Shown here: one piece after another, positions 40,491-56,425 of the stretch
How positions within the stretch are numbered: position 1 is the first letter of the stretch
Layout of the letters: each line of letters starts with the position of its first letter
NCBI RefSeq assembly: GCF_009914755.1
Contig: NC_060926.1
Direction: 5' to 3' (one strand)
Source of the DNA: the human T2T-CHM13v2.0 reference genome, Homo sapiens
Length of the DNA stretch: 64,000 nucleotides
Translations under genes and position numbers: made by a program
The notes under the pieces: generated by a model
What the model was told of the DNA's origin: nothing
Seen by the model: only the letters and a program-made list of their open reading frames with translations
Databases searched by the model: none

Positions 40491-42628
40491 TCAGGTTCCA
40501 TGCAGAACCCTGCACTGGGAACACACAGTGAGTGCAATGTCACAAAAATTTCTTGACTTCTTATCATGTTCCAAACACAAGAGAGAGCATAGTAAAACAA
40601 AAATAAGAAAGACACTCTGGAACTGCTTTCAGCAACAACCTTCTGGGTCTAGTAGTGAAGACTGGTGGCTTTCCCTCCCCATGGTCTAGTGAGCCCTTCT
40701 CCAAGGCCAAGTCAGATGGTAGTGTGGGAGGACATTGACTCTGGTTTTGAGTGGACCCAAGAGTATTGAAAGAATCTTCAAGCACAGAACTCTGTAAGAC
40801 TATCTTCAAGCAGAATTCCTGGGAGGCTACTTGAATTCCAAATTCTGCTGAGATTTGTGCAGTGAAACACAGGCACAAAATCCCAAGAAGAGGTCTGGAC
40901 CCTCTGTGCCATTCTGAGACCAAGTTGACCTATAATAGCCTTCAGGGGCTAGAACTGCATTTGAGTTAGGATTTAATGGAGTCGAAATTAGGGACCTTTT
41001 ACATCCACTGATTTCTAGAACGTGGCACTGCAACTCTCTGTGACTACAGCTTGCCCAGCAGTTACGTGTTAAAGGCAGTTCTGGAAAAAAAATCTACAAC
41101 AGAGTCCAATGGAACACTTTCTAGTACTATTTATATTTGGGCTTAGAAGGTTTTAATTTCCACCTGCAGCTTTGGTGATAATGAGTGGGTGGGCCATACT
41201 ATCTGAAGATGGTATCAGGACTCCATAGCCAGAGTTTAAGGTCATTGACTTATAAAGAGACTGACATGATAAATGGCATGTTCTATACATTGTAGGGTGG
41301 AAAGAAACTGGAATTGGATCCACTTTCTGCCATTTCCCCCAGCCAACACCTACCTGGTTGTGACCAGGAGTCCACTTAGGTCTTCAGGATTGAGAGGAAG
41401 CCCAGGGTCTGAACTACCCTGAGTCAGTTATTCTGGCAGTAGCTACTAGGGCAGTTTCCACACCAGAAGATCAGTTACAAGGCCAAGTGCAGGTGAGACA
41501 TACGTGTTTCAACAGAAAGTCTAAACTGAGTCATAGACCCAGCAAATTCATCCCTATGCAAGAAGGCAGCGGGGGGCGGGGTGGGGGTCTGGTTGAGGTC
41601 CCAGTGGTCATGGATAGGAAGTCAGCTGGGATTGGTGGGTGGTGGTGAGGCAGGGGAGAGGACTGTGGCATCAGACAGGTAAGCCTCCTGCCACTGGGGC
41701 TTTGGGTTAAAGAAATATAAGCAGTACCCCCAACAAGTTTGCTGCCATGCTGAAACCATAAGCAGCGGACACAGGGCTCTTTCTTTCTCCAAGAGGTGGT
41801 TTGATCTTGCGCTAGGACAATGCCTGCATGTGTGGGTTAAGAAGTTTCGGAAATAAAGAGTAGAAGGAGTCCAAGGTGCAGATCGAGATACCCCTTTACT
41901 CTCTTTTTCCTTTAGCAGCTGAGGCCCCTTGGAATCCCAGGGTAACCCAGAGAAGACAAACCCAGTTTGGTTCCTAGAATCTTAGAAGTTTGTGGTTTTA
42001 CCTTTGATGATTGAGGAGGCAGGCTATGTACATCTCCAGCGTGGCTCAAAGGGTGTATATTTTGGTCAAGGCTTAAATAATTGTGTAAAGAATGATCACT
42101 TACATACATGAAGTGACAAACCCCAGCAGCGACAGGGCAGCTGTTAGCAGAGGAGCAAGCCTGTCATTGCCTTTTTGCCTCCAGTTTTGTTTTAAAGCTC
42201 TCATTTTATTTTCTTCTTCAGAAAATTCAGCTTTTGCCCATTAGCAAGAGTTTTGATGGATGTAGACTTTTGTCAACACCCAAGGATATATTTTGGATCT
42301 TTCCCTATATCTGGCATCAACAAATCAGGTGAACATCAAAATGGTATAAACTTTACATCAGTCAGATAGAAGTATAGTGAAAATGACATGTTTTAAGAAA
42401 GCTGGAAGTATGAATTATCATTGGGTGACACTTTTCAATAAGTAAAGGAATGCAAATTAATTTGTGGCTGTGAAATAGGGCCACTCCTTGAGAATGAGGA
42501 AATATTAACACAAAAAGGATTTACTTCAAACTCTTGCTCCTTAAACAGGGAGTCAATAATAGTTTCCCAATTCTAATTCAAGTTCCTATTTCACCAACAC
42601 ATTGCTTCTCCTCCTAGTATAATTTCCT

Positions 42629-42923
42629 GATTTTATTCTTTTATTTCTATGGGTACATAGTGGATGTATATATTTACAGGGTACATGAGATGTTTTGATA
42701 CAGGCATGCAATGTGAAATAAGCACATCATGTAAAATTGGGTATTTATCCCCTCAAGCATTTATCCTTTGTGTAACAAACAATCCAATTATACTTTTTAA
42801 GTTACACTTAAATGTACAATTAAATTATTATTTATTATTATTGACTATAGCCACCCTCTTGTGCTATCAAATACTCGGTCTTACTCATTCTTTCTAATTT
42901 TTTTTGTACCCATTAACCATCTT
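42629..42923 (-). mobile_element. L1MA-type 3'-end fragment with TSD
   Basis: gggtacatagtggatgtatatatttacagggtacatgagatgttttgatacaggcatgcaatg. 16-bp TSD cctagtataatttcct (42613-42628) / cccagtataaattcct (42924-42939). Confidence 0.85.
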
Positions 42924-43852
42924 CCCAGTATAAATTCCTCCCGGCAGAAATTCTCTACCGATGAGGAAATTGGACATGGGATAAAGGAGGTTTGGAGATT
43001 CCTCTCTAATCATTAGATATCTCACCCTACCCCCTCAGTAACCAGAATTTCAAAGATTAATTTTTCTGGTTGTATGGACCAAAACACAGCATTGCATTTC
43101 AGAAGTGGCCACTAATGGCCAGTCTTTAAGGAAATCTCTTGATTCTAGTGGAAAGGGGTTGTAGAATTCTGGATTGGCAATGGCTTATAGGCAGTCATGT
43201 GGCATATCTTCTGAGGCACCTGGAGAGCATTGGGCCATCTCTGCCAGATCACCACCCAGGACCCCCAGGGCCAGAGCATCCACCCTATGGCTGAAGGATG
43301 GCACCCTGGACCAGTCTATGTGACCTGAAGTATACAAGTGAACCCTGTCCAGGAGGATGGCCAGGTCTTTATGAAAGAAGATTTCTAAAGCTTTAAGCCC
43401 AGGGCTAGGATATGCAGTTCTGGTGAGCTCGTGGGAGACTCCAGATGCCATTCTGTTCAGAGATCTCCTGATGATCATGTGGGCCCAGTCACCAAGCAGC
43501 TATGCCCTAGAATCAGTGACCCATCTGGGAAGGCTTCTTACTTCACGTAAGTCACGGGAATTGGCGAGAGCCATCTGAGTCCCAAACCCAGGCTGTTTAT
43601 CCAAGCCAAGGCAGAATAGTTGAGGTTCAGTTGGCAAAAGATCAGGAAGCTTCCATGAGCAATAGAGGCTTTTCCTCTTCATGCTCTTCTTTCTTTCATT
43701 CAATAAACAGGTAATGCTTGGGAGGGAAATTTCTTTAAGACCGATTGCCACCCAGTATCAGGGGATGCTGACAGAGAGGTGGACACGGTGGCCCTGAGAG
43801 CATAAGGCAGGGCCTTATGCATAAGGTAGTGAGTCCTGTCTGTGTTGGTTAA

Positions 43853-44182
<330 letters not shown>

Positions 44183-46457
44183 GACCTGAGTCTTGAATGA
44201 AGAGTTGCTTGCCACTGCGGACAATGAGTATCCCAAGCAGATGCAGTATGTATAAAGGCTGAGTAAGCAGAATAGACAAAGGGGTGCTTTTGACAGGAGG
44301 GGACCCTGGCACGCTCCTTCCAGATCCCTTCCCCATCTCCCCAGCTCCTCACCTCCCCTCTACAGGCTGCATGGTGCTGCACCATGAAACCACTTGCTCT
44401 TCCCCAACTTCCATGTTTTACACCAAGGATGATCCTTCTCCCCTTGTCTTCCTCACAAGTTTCTACCTGTCCTTCAAGAATGGGATTAAAAACCACCCCC
44501 CTTCACAGCCTGCACCAGCACAGAGAGCCATTCCCCTTTTCTTTTTTCCAAATGCACAGTCCTCAACTACAGCACTTTTCATGACAGGTTACATATTAAT
44601 TCTTCTGTCTTCCTCACTCATCTCTGAGTTCTTGAGGGGAAAGCACCATTTCTTAGCCATCTCTGCACCTTAGGCAGCTAGAGTAGTGCTGGGTGATGTT
44701 ATTTTTAATAGTTAATAAGAAATATTAAATCCCCAGTATAATCTTCCTGCCTCTGGTTATGCCAAATATCATCTCAAATTAGCCAAAGTGGGGTTCAAGA
44801 TGAGCACACAAAAACATAATTATAATGAATATCTCCTGTATGAGGAGAAGAATCCAGGATTGAATCATTGCTTTTGACCCTTTTTACAGTGCCTATTATA
44901 AGATTCTAGACAATCTGTGTTGTTCAAAAAAGAACAAAGGATAATATAATGAACACCCATGTGTTCTCCACATAAAATGAGCAAATGTTAACTTATTTTC
45001 CCATTTTTTTAAAGAAATAAGAATGTGTATGTGAATATATTCATAGAAATTGTGTACTGGTGGATTTATAATTTTTTTCTCTAACAGTGGAACAATGACT
45101 ATCACTGTAAAAGATGCCTATGTACATTCTCTAGAATTGAATGTGAATTTGAGGAAAGTGAGACATCCTTATGACACAGAGTATCTAATGGTATGACCAG
45201 AGCATATTGTACCACTTTTTCAGGTCAGACAGATATATCATTTCTGGATATGGGACAAAGAAAAATAAATTGCCCTCCTGGAAATGGAATACACCCGATC
45301 AGAATGAGAATTCTTCTGACTATCATTCCATTAAAAGGAAAGCAAAAAGTCCTCTTAAATCTCTATAAAATAGTTTGAAACAAAGGAAAAACAGCAACAA
45401 ATAGCTCTCTGGATGTTAAAATTGTAAACGAGTGCATAATAAATAAAAATAATCAGAAATCAGTGGAAAATGTTTGCAATACACAATGTCAGAGTAGAAA
45501 GAGCAAACTCTAACCTCAACAGTTATTAGAATGGCAAGCAGAAATGCAGAGCTTGCCTGAAATTGATCCTTAGGTGAAAGGGAGGAGGCATCACAGCTAC
45601 TAAAAAGAGTGGGTTCGAATAGAAAAAACTAATCGGAGCCATTGCAACAAACTGAATATGAGCACTATGGAAAATATAAGCTGACTGAAGCAGTAGGAAA
45701 TGGTACCAGTGAAACAGAAGTCAAACTTGGGAAATAAAGAAGCCCCTTTCCAAATCTAAAATCTCATGATTCCGTATGTCCTAGGGAAACAGTTTCCTTC
45801 TTTTGTCACTAAGAGGATTCCTTTTTCGTATAACAAAAAGCTGTGTCGTTTTTCTTCTTTTGTTTATTAATACGACTAAATTAGATTTCCTTAAGTGTTC
45901 AACTATCACTACCTTCCTGAAATAAACTTCACCAATTAATTAATTATTATTCTTTTGGATTCCTGCTGTGTTCATTTCATTAATATGATTTACAGATTTT
46001 GCATCTATATTTACAAATGAAGTTGGACTCTTTGGGGAGGGGATGTGTTTATCGTGTGTGCTAATTTCATTTAAATGGATTAGAACAGTTTTTCTTCCCT
46101 AATCAGAGAAATAATTTAATAGCACAAAAATAGCTGTTTCTCGAAGACGCAAAACTCATTTGTGAATCTCTTTGGGCCCAGCGTTTGTTGTTGCTGTTGT
46201 TGTTTTTCAGGGTTTGGGTGTGTGGATTTGGGGTGGGGGCAGTGCGAGATTGGGGGAGTTCTTTTACAACATCTTAAAGAACCCTAACAGAAAGTTGAAA
46301 CAGCCTTTCAAATAATTTCCAAAGTTACAGAAGTTTCAAGTAATGAGTCCAGTTATTGGAGAGGTCAAATGTAAAATAACAGAATGTGAAGATAAATAAT
46401 ACAAGGTAAAGACAAGTAAACACCTGAGTCACGCAACACCTGCTTTTGTTTTCCTAG

Positions 46458-46529
46458 ATCAGGAAGTGTGCTGCACCACTGGAATGAAATCTATTACTTT
46501 GTGGAACAGTTGGCTCACAAATTCATCAG
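46458..46529 (+). CDS. ANTXR1: ANTXR1 exon 2 (72 nt; (K)[23 protein letters not shown](S))
   Basis: Acceptor tgcttttgttttcctag|A and donor AG|gtgaga. Joins exon 1 in phase 2, completing the MIDAS motif D-K-S-G-S. Confidence 0.97.
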
Positions 46530-46888
46530 GTGAGAAACACTATGCATTTTGTTCACTTGTAGTTCTCTGTCATGAGTCAAACTAGTCCATGTTTGCTATT
46601 CTATTAATTACTACATACTTTGGGGATGTTTTTTGACTAAGTTGGGCTCTCAGATCTCGGACCAGAGACTGTTTGCTTTGTTTTCATCTTTGCCACATTT
46701 TAGAATAACATTTGGCTTTATGTTTTTGGGAGGAGCCAAATCTGGTTACGAGACCAAAAATATTTAGCATTCTCCCTTCTCTGTTGAATAGCCTATTCTT
46801 ATTACCTTTAACATTTTTCTTGCACACTGCATCATGCAGCAGCAATTGGCACATTTTAGCTGGACTCACGTGTAGGGTGTACAGTGTG

Positions 46889-47008
46889 TAGGATGAACAA
46901 TTCATCCCAGTTTGCCCAGATCTTTCCCAGTTTTAGCACTGAAAGTCTCACATCCTAAGGGGAACCCTCCTTAGTCCTGAGCAAAATGTGACAATTGGTC
47001 GCTCTCTA
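46889..47008. mobile_element. MER81-like (hAT-Blackjack MITE)
   Basis: aggatgaacaattcatcccagtttgcccag..cccagttttagcactgaaagtc..ttggtcgctct. Confidence 0.7.
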
Positions 47009-49544
47009 GCTGTGTGTACTATTATCAGGTAGAATCCTCTGAGCATTTTCAACACCACTTTCCCAGGCAAGGCAATGCAGTTTTGAACATAGTCACTGCA
47101 AATATCATGGGAGTCTTGGACTTAGTGGTAAGGAAATGAGGTCACTTCACCCCACTGTGTGCAGCCTCCAAGGGATAACACAACAGTAATAGCTTTCATA
47201 GAGTGCTTGAAGCAAGTTGTCAAAGTCTTTGGTAAAATTGGTCTGATCATCGTAAGTTCTAACACAGCTCCACTTCATGCTGATGGCCTCCATAGAGTCT
47301 TCCGGTTGATAGGAGTGACCATAAAGTTCTTCTTTGAGTAAGGTTCTCTGTCTCAGAATACAGGTTATCCTCTAAGCCCTGGGTAGTGACAGACATGTTC
47401 CCCTCAAATTTGGTTATTGACCTCAACGCATGCCTACCTGCCTAATTGGAGGGAAAGGGTTAGGAGGTAGCTTGTCTGTTATGCCAAAAATTGGAAGCTA
47501 CAGCAGGAAGCATCTAAACCCAGATGATTAGGAAAAACAGATGCTGAGAGGACAGAAGGGAGAAAAAGTACAGGAAAAGGAGAGAAACAAATACATGGGT
47601 GGTGTTAGAAAATGTTTGAAAGGATCATAGAAACTAGGAATTAAAAGGAACGAGACTTCCCAGCCTATCCTAGGAGGCATTGTGTAACTCTCTACTTGAA
47701 TAGCTCTGGTGAAAACTCACTGCCTTTGAGGCAAAAGTCCAATAGTTGGACAATTCCAGTTTTCATAAGTCTTTTTGTCATTAGGCCAAGATGTCCTTTC
47801 TTCACTCGCAGCCATTGGTCCTTTGGAGTGATATAAAACAAGTCTGCCTCCACACCCTTCACAGTAACTGCTCTGTGTCTCATTTGCTCTTCTGGGCTTC
47901 TGTTCTCTCTGAAGTGGAGGAGTCTAGTGGGATAGGCTTTGAAGTCAGGCAGATGTGAGTTTGAATCTAAGTTCCGTTGTGCAACCGTAGCAATTCACCA
48001 ACCTTGGCTGAACCCTAGTTTATATATGAGGCTTATAAGAGAAAACATGTGCAAGCCCACCAGTCCAGCACCTGGCTTAGAGTGGGCACACAACATCTTT
48101 CTCAGTTCCCTCAGCAATCCCAGACTCTTCACTATCTTAGAATCTTAGAAAATTGTGGGCAGGGGCAAGGGAGGGGATTAAGAGAACCCTTAATCCAATT
48201 CCCTTGCTTTATAGATGAAGAAACCAAGGACCAGGGAGGTTGACATGGCTTAATCCAGACAAGGCACCCTTCTCTGGTTGTCTCCGCTAACCCTGCTTGG
48301 CCATGGAGCCCCTCAAAGTGTGGAGCCAAGATCTTACCATCACCCAAACTCCACCAGGCAGAGGCTGGGCTGTCGTCTGTTGACAGTCACAGCCCAAGTG
48401 CCCATAACAGTGCCAGACACATAGTACATGCTCAGTCAGTATTTTTAAATAAGTGAATGAATGGGCAATTTTCATTTATTTATTCATTTTAATAAAAAGT
48501 CTAAGGCAGCTGGGACTACAGGGGGGAAATTCATTCAATAACAGTGGCTGATGCCAGTACAAGTACATCATTTCTAATCTCAGTGGGATTTTTGACATTT
48601 TGAGTCCTTTTATTTATCTTTATTCTGACCTTCTATCATTTTTCTAATAATGATTCTTATGCTTTGCTGTTTTCCTCAAGCCTTCAACCTACACCTCACA
48701 CCCATTGCTGTCAGCAAATAACCTCACCTCCTACTTCACCAAGAATCCAGAGAGTAGTAGACACGAGTTCAAGTTCCAATCTACTCCTAAAAGATGCATA
48801 TGTGTCCTTCCCACTAGTCTCTGAGATCCAAGTATCCCTCCCATGTAAGGCCAACCTCTCCATTTTAGTCTGACTTTATCCCATTGTCTCCAGTTTCCTC
48901 CAGGTCTTTGTTTCTGTCTTGTATTTTTCTCTACCTTTCCCCTGGCTCCTTCCCCACAGTCTACAAACACAAACTAATCTCTCCTGCCCCTTGTCCCAAA
49001 AAAAGCAATGACAGTGAAACTCTTGATCTTGTCTTCCTATAGATGGGACCCTATTTCTCTACTAGTTTCTCACTCATTTGTCTTTAAAGACTGGCCATCT
49101 CCATATCCTTACTTCTCATTCATTCCTTAACCCACTGCTGTCTGGCCCTCCTCCCCACCCTTCACCTGCTTGCTCGCCAAGGTCTCACCCAGGGATGACC
49201 CAGAGGAAAAATCCAGGAGCACTCTGCAGCCTTTAGTCCACTGGATGCAGGGGTTTCATTGGATCCAGACTTATCCTTCCTTGAAACTCTTTCCTCCACT
49301 GGCTCTCATTCTGCTTCCATCTCACTGGCCTCAGCCAGCCCTTCCCATACTAGTGTTGGTTTTGTATTTGGCTCACTTCCCTCCTCACTGCTGACACTCT
49401 CTCTGAACAACTTTGCCCACATCAGTACGCTGAGGACTTCCAAATTATGCCTCTAGCCTAGACTTATATGCCAGTTGCCTCTTGGAGACCTTTATTTTCC
49501 ACATTTCAAATTTATTATTTCCAGAGCTGAACTTGACAGAAGGG

Positions 49545-49830
49545 GAGCAGTATATAATGTGGCAGTTAGGAGCCCAAGTTCTAGAATTAAAACACTTGAC
49601 TTCAAGCCCCAGGTCTGCCACTCCCCCACTGTGTAACCTCAAGGAAATTGTTTCATCTTTCAGGGCCTCAATTTCCTTTTGTGGAAAATAGGAACTGTTA
49701 GTTTGATATGAACTATCAGGATTGGTACTATAGGTACCAGTCTCATACAGTTGTTCAAGTATAATGAGATCATACGTGCAAATCACTATGATCTCACACA
49801 TGGTAAGAACTCAGTAAGGTTGGCCATTAT
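49545..49830 (+). mobile_element. MIR
   Basis: gagcagtatataatgtggcagttaggagc..tctgccactc..tgtgtaacctcaagg..gcctcaatttccttttgtggaaaatagg..ggtaagaactcagtaaggttggccattatt. Confidence 0.7.
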
Positions 49831-50922
49831 TATATTATTATAATCATTATGATTGTTGTTATTATCATTTAGGACATGGTGTCCTGCTGCCCCAGTGCTG
49901 GGGAAGTAGTCCCAGGCAGCACGGGGTCATGGACAGAAAACTGAGATCTGTTTTAGGGACCAATATTCAATTCACCAGGTATTGCCTGAGCTCCTATCAA
50001 ATATTAAACACCATGCCAAGGGCTTCCAAAGATGCATCAGGCATTTATTACCATGTGGTAATAAATGCAGACTTTATCCTGGAGACAGTAGGAGTCATTG
50101 GAAATTTTATAGCAGATAAGTGACAGGTTCTAATTTTTGTTTTAGGAAAATAATTCTGGGAGCAGTGTGAAGAGTGAATTGGAGCAAAGAACCTTCCTAG
50201 GCAAGACGCCAGCTAGGAAATTGTAGTGGTCAGACGATTGAGGCCAGGATCCTAAGCTAAGATACGGGAAGTGAGGCAGGTTTGAGAAACACTTGGGGAA
50301 CTGGAACTACAAGGTTCAGAGCCCGATCAGGTGTGGGAGGTTATTGCATTGTGAAGAAATAGATTGATGCTATGACGGAAGAACAAGTTGGACACACAGA
50401 ACGGCATTGCATTGCTGAATCCACTGCAGTCTGATGGTCCATCTTGCAGACTGAGAAACAAGTTCGTCCTCAGGTGAGAGTGCTTCTGTCTCCAGAGTGT
50501 GACTCTTACATTGAGAATGCTCCTGAGCACTGCCATATAAAAACCATGCCAATTTATTCATTAATAATGAGAAGTATGACTACCAAGTGGAATAGATATT
50601 CTTATGACCAGTCAGCACATTCTCTCCTTATAGGATAATCTCCTTGGGAAGCCAAGGAGAAATTAAAAGTTGATGGTGATCCCACTTTCAGATCAAAGGG
50701 AGTTTGTTATATAATGTTAATAGCTGATGGCATCAAGCTGCAACTCATCATTAGAGAATACACCAGGCTACCGTGGAAACATTATCAAATTTTACCTATC
50801 GGGATCCCCTTTTATAGACACCATACAGATTGGTCCCCTTGTTGGGACACACTTCAAACAGAACACAGGGCAACAATGAAGTTTATCATTCTTACTCGTA
50901 ATCCACACTCACTAAGCAATGA

Positions 50923-51228
<306 letters not shown>

Positions 51229-53398
51229 TAAGGATACTTCTTATCTCTGTTGTTAAAAAGTCCATCACTTCCTGAGTAGCCCTGAGATTTGTGCTCTGGT
51301 GCCAGCCTTGACCTGTTGATCACTTTAATCTAATAGTTCCTTCTTTTACCCTAAGTTTTTAACCTTACGTATGGGCACATGGGTCCTGCTGCTAGTTCAC
51401 TCTTCAGTTACTTTTGATAGAATTTCCTGATATTGGTGAAATTTTATAAATGATGAAATTACATTAAGATAAATCTCACATTTGATTGTTGATTCCATCT
51501 GCTAACTTGGAGCGAAATGTTGGCAAACCATATTATTGGGGGACTATATTTTCTTTTACTTAAGTTAGACTTATTTTGGATTAAGGTTTCAGATACAAGT
51601 GCACTGTGAGACAGGTAAGAGCTTGAAATATTTACTGTTCATAATTACCCAGGAAGGGAGTAGAAAGGGAGGGCTTATGGTACCACAAAATAAAAGGAAA
51701 TTTAAATAGTGTAAAAGAATGTTGTTGATACAAAGAAGTTAAACTAGGTAGATCTAGCTTAACAAAAGTATTTTAGGATTTGCCACATTTTACTTGCAGA
51801 TGAAAACTAGCAATAACAGAGTCATGTCATTTATTCATAGTTAGGATGGTATACTAGAGAGTGGAGAGGATAGTCTTCCCCCATTTATGAAATTGTACAC
51901 TTTTTAAATAGTGAGATGGCCCACATGAGAGAAGCACCATGGGGAACACATGTGGGATTATTGGGAGACTCATATATGGATGTGTTGGAAAAAGAAAAGG
52001 AGGAAGGGCCAGTACAGGGGGGGCAGGAAGACTTTATTCTCTAACGTTCTTATAGAAATGAATATAGGACTAACAGGACAGAGTAAAATTTTCTAGCTGA
52101 AGTCAGCAAACTTGAGCTAGTCCCTATTTTTTTTCCCATGACTTTGTTAGGATTTGTAACAGAAAGAGTGCTCTGTACCATGTAGGAGTTTTCAAATCCT
52201 GTTACTCCTTCAACCTGATCTACTATATGCATGCATTTCATTCAAAAAAACAGGAGTTTCTGATCCCTTATTAACAGAAGGAGAAACTGAGGCCATGTCA
52301 CCTTCCCAAGAATAGCAAACAGAACCCAGACCAGACCCAGGCTCCACATTCTTTCCAGTTTACCTTGCTGCCTTCTGTTCAACAGAGAATCATAAAATCC
52401 AAGACACTTGTGTGACTTGCCTTCAATACTGGCCAAGGATTTTAAGAAGCTCTGAGAAGGTGTCTCTGGCCATCTCAAGACTCCTCATCTTGCTCAGTCT
52501 TTAGATGATGCCACCCCTTATGCAGAGATGTTTTTTGTTCTGCGATGGGGAGCTAAACACCCCTCTCGCCTGTTCTTCACATCCTCCTACAACCCGAGGC
52601 TTCCTAGTGCAGCTTCATGCTGTCCATGCCCCATGCATAAGAGTTTGGCCAAGAGACCAGGTTCACACATCACTTGCAGGTGCTTTGTGTGCTAATGCTC
52701 ACAGCTTCTGGGAAGTTGACAGGGTCAGAGGGGTCAGGGATTTATAAACACTATCAGAATGCCAAGTCTTCCAGACCCATTGTGGTTTGTTATGCTTGTT
52801 GGAATTAGTCATCCTCTGAATCTACTGGGAATCTAATTTTTGTGTACCTTAACGTCACTACTGCTAGTTTCCTGTTCTGAAGAGAAAACAGAGGGTAGAG
52901 TCCCTGGTTTGCTGGAAGCAGCATTTTGTATGGGTCAAATGTGCATCAAACAACAGCCAAAAATGCCTTGCTGAAGGCTGTGTGGATTTCATGTGGTGAC
53001 TGCTTGGCCTAGGTCAGCTGGGAAAGCACAGCATGGTTTATGGACACACCCCCAACCTCATCAGCCTATGGAAGAAATGTGGGCAAGATCTCTCTGAAAC
53101 TCTTTCTCAGGAGACTGGCTAAAAGAATCAGGCTTTCAGATCTTCCAAGCTAGTACTGCTTCTGAAATATATGACTTGCAGTGTTTTAGTTGGGCACAGG
53201 AATTTGTATTTTTCTATCTCACTTGATTGTCACAATATCCCTATAAAACAGTAAAGGGTCCATTAAGATACCTGTATAATACTTGAGAGACCTTATAGAA
53301 TTAAGAAAAACTTGTTCAAAAGCAAGACATGAATTGGCAAAGACTTTCATTTCAGCAAAAGTTTTGGGTAAATCAAAAGAAATAATATCAAAGATATA

Positions 53399-53630
53399 CG
53401 GCTGATCCTTGAACAACATTTTGAACTGAATGGGTCCAATTATACACAGGTATTTTTCAACCAAATGCAGATCAAAAATACAGTATTCGCAGGATGCAAA
53501 ATCCACATATATGGAGGGCTGACTTCTAGTATATGCAGGTTCTGCAGGGCTGTCTGCAGGACTTGAGTGCATGGATTTGGTATACTCAGGGATCATGAAC
53601 CAATCCTCTGCCTATACCAAGGAATGACTG
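53399..53630. mobile_element. MER8 (Tigger/TcMar MITE) with TA target duplication
   Basis: ta|cggctgatccttgaacaaca ... ccaaggaatgactg|ta; internal aaaatacagtattcgcaggatgcaaaa. Confidence 0.8.
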
Positions 53631-55356
53631 TATTCGCATTCAGTTCTTGGGATCAAATACACGTAGGGTAAAGCTATGAGAAGATGAAAAAATAGAATGG
53701 AAAATAAATATAATGTGTTAAGATATAGTAAAGAAACTCCAATTAGAATAATAATGCCTACGATTTGTGTCTTTTATCTGCAAGCACTTTATCCTTTTTT
53801 ATTTATCCTCATATAACCATTGTTACTCTATTTTCTAATGGGAAGGAACTATGCGGTCATTTGAATCATTGTTATATATGGAATGTGTCGTTTTTCTCTG
53901 TTTTCACAGTTTCTTCTTTTTTAGTTCTTAGCAGTTTGATTATTTGTGTGGGCATGGTTTTCCTTCAGGGTACCCTATTTTGACTTTGCAGAGCTTCTTG
54001 AATCTATAAACTTGTCTGTCACCATATTTGGGGAGTTTGCAGCTACTTGAGTTGGGGGGGGAAATTCTGGACCTCATGGTAGTGTGGGTCATTTCTCTAG
54101 GTTTAAATTTTCCTCCCCAGTCCACCAGTTTTGTTTACCTTCCAGTCTACTTGGTTGCTTTTTCTGTTGTAATCAGCAGGTGATATAGGCAGTAGCAAGC
54201 ATACTCTATCTTGGCTGCTGCTACTTCAATTTTACAGATAAGGACACTGAGGTTCAAAAAGTTTAGGTAACCTGCCGAGGTCAGATAGCTAGTAATCTGC
54301 CAAATTAGTATTCTGATTCTGGATTCTAAATTTGGTCCAACTCCTGTACTTTGTACTGTATCATGTTGCTCTTCCAAGATTTCCTGGCTTCATCAGTTTA
54401 AATAGTTGATAGATTGTAACAAAGTTTGCAGGTCACTTCCTTAGTATAATAGAGTATACAATGTCAATTTAAGTACTGTTAGAATAAAATGATGTTAACT
54501 ACTGCATATGAGTCCCTGGATACTCCAAGGAGAGTCTTGTTCTTACATTAATTGAAATACTTCAAATGTGTCATCATTTAGAAATAAGAAATAAGACCAC
54601 GTGAAGGAAGTTCAACTATTCATTTAAAAAAAAATAGATGCTCAATTTAATCAAATGCAATTTTGCCTTTTGTTAAGATGGTGATATTTTTCCTTTACCT
54701 ACTAGTACACTGAATGTCATAAAAAACATTTTTAAATATTGGATCATTCTAGTATTTCTGTATACATTTGGTTATGATATATTCTTTTAATGTATATCTG
54801 AATTCTGTATTTTTAATATTATTCAGAAATTTAGCACCCCTATTTATAACTGTAATTGGGCTGCCATTGTCCTTTTTATTACTACCTTTCTTTACAGTAC
54901 TTTTGATTCTTTTTTATTTAAATTAGTACTTCTTCTAGAATTTATTATGATATAAGGTACAAGGTCAACATCCAGTGTTTCTTTCCCCGATTGATTAGCC
55001 AGTTCTTCCCACACCACTGTGTAATAATCTTTTACCAACAACTTGAACAGTTAAACTCTTTGCTAGGCTTGGGTTCATTACTGGATTTTCTATTCTGTTC
55101 TGTTTTTCTGTCTGTTTCTATAGTTGGATCACATTGTTTTAATTAGTTTTAACATCTGGAGGACCAATCTATCCTCATTTCTAATCTTGGGTGAAAATCT
55201 CCTTGGTCTTTACTGGATTTTTCCAACCACATACATTTTAAATAATTTTTTATGTTCCCAGATATCCCTGGGATTTTCACTCGAACTGTGTGAAAAATAC
55301 AGATTAACTCAGCAGCAATGGCGCTGCATTTTCTCTATACTTATTTTCTTATTTAG

Positions 55357-56022
<666 letters not shown>

Positions 56023-56425
56023 TTCTTATCCCACCACTTTAATGAAACATTTTATTAGTTCTAATAGTTTTCCAGTTAATTTTTAAGTGGTTTTCCAATA
56101 AGGTGATTGTAGTATCTGTGATTAATTCTGTCTTCTTTTCTAATATTTATAGCTAGTATATCTTCCTGTGTATCTTCTTACATTCTAAAATTTTCAGACT
56201 TTAATTCCCAATTGGGTTTTACAATTATGCATTTTATTGGATGCTAACTTCATACATTTTATCTACTTTGTTAAGGAAGGATTCTTCAAATGCGAGATTA
56301 TTAAAACTTTTTATCTGAAATAGTTGTTATATTAAATACCCTTTTGCCATATCAAAATAGTTATATCTTTCTTCTATTTCCTTTGACCTGTCTGTAAAAA
56401 TTTTAAATCAAAAGCTCTCCTAATG

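Noticed and set aside
50330-50478. Possible cryptic exon in intron 2 ending at CAG|gtgaga (~50473)
   Set aside because: Good donor, but I could not identify a convincing upstream polypyrimidine tract/acceptor or any protein similarity.
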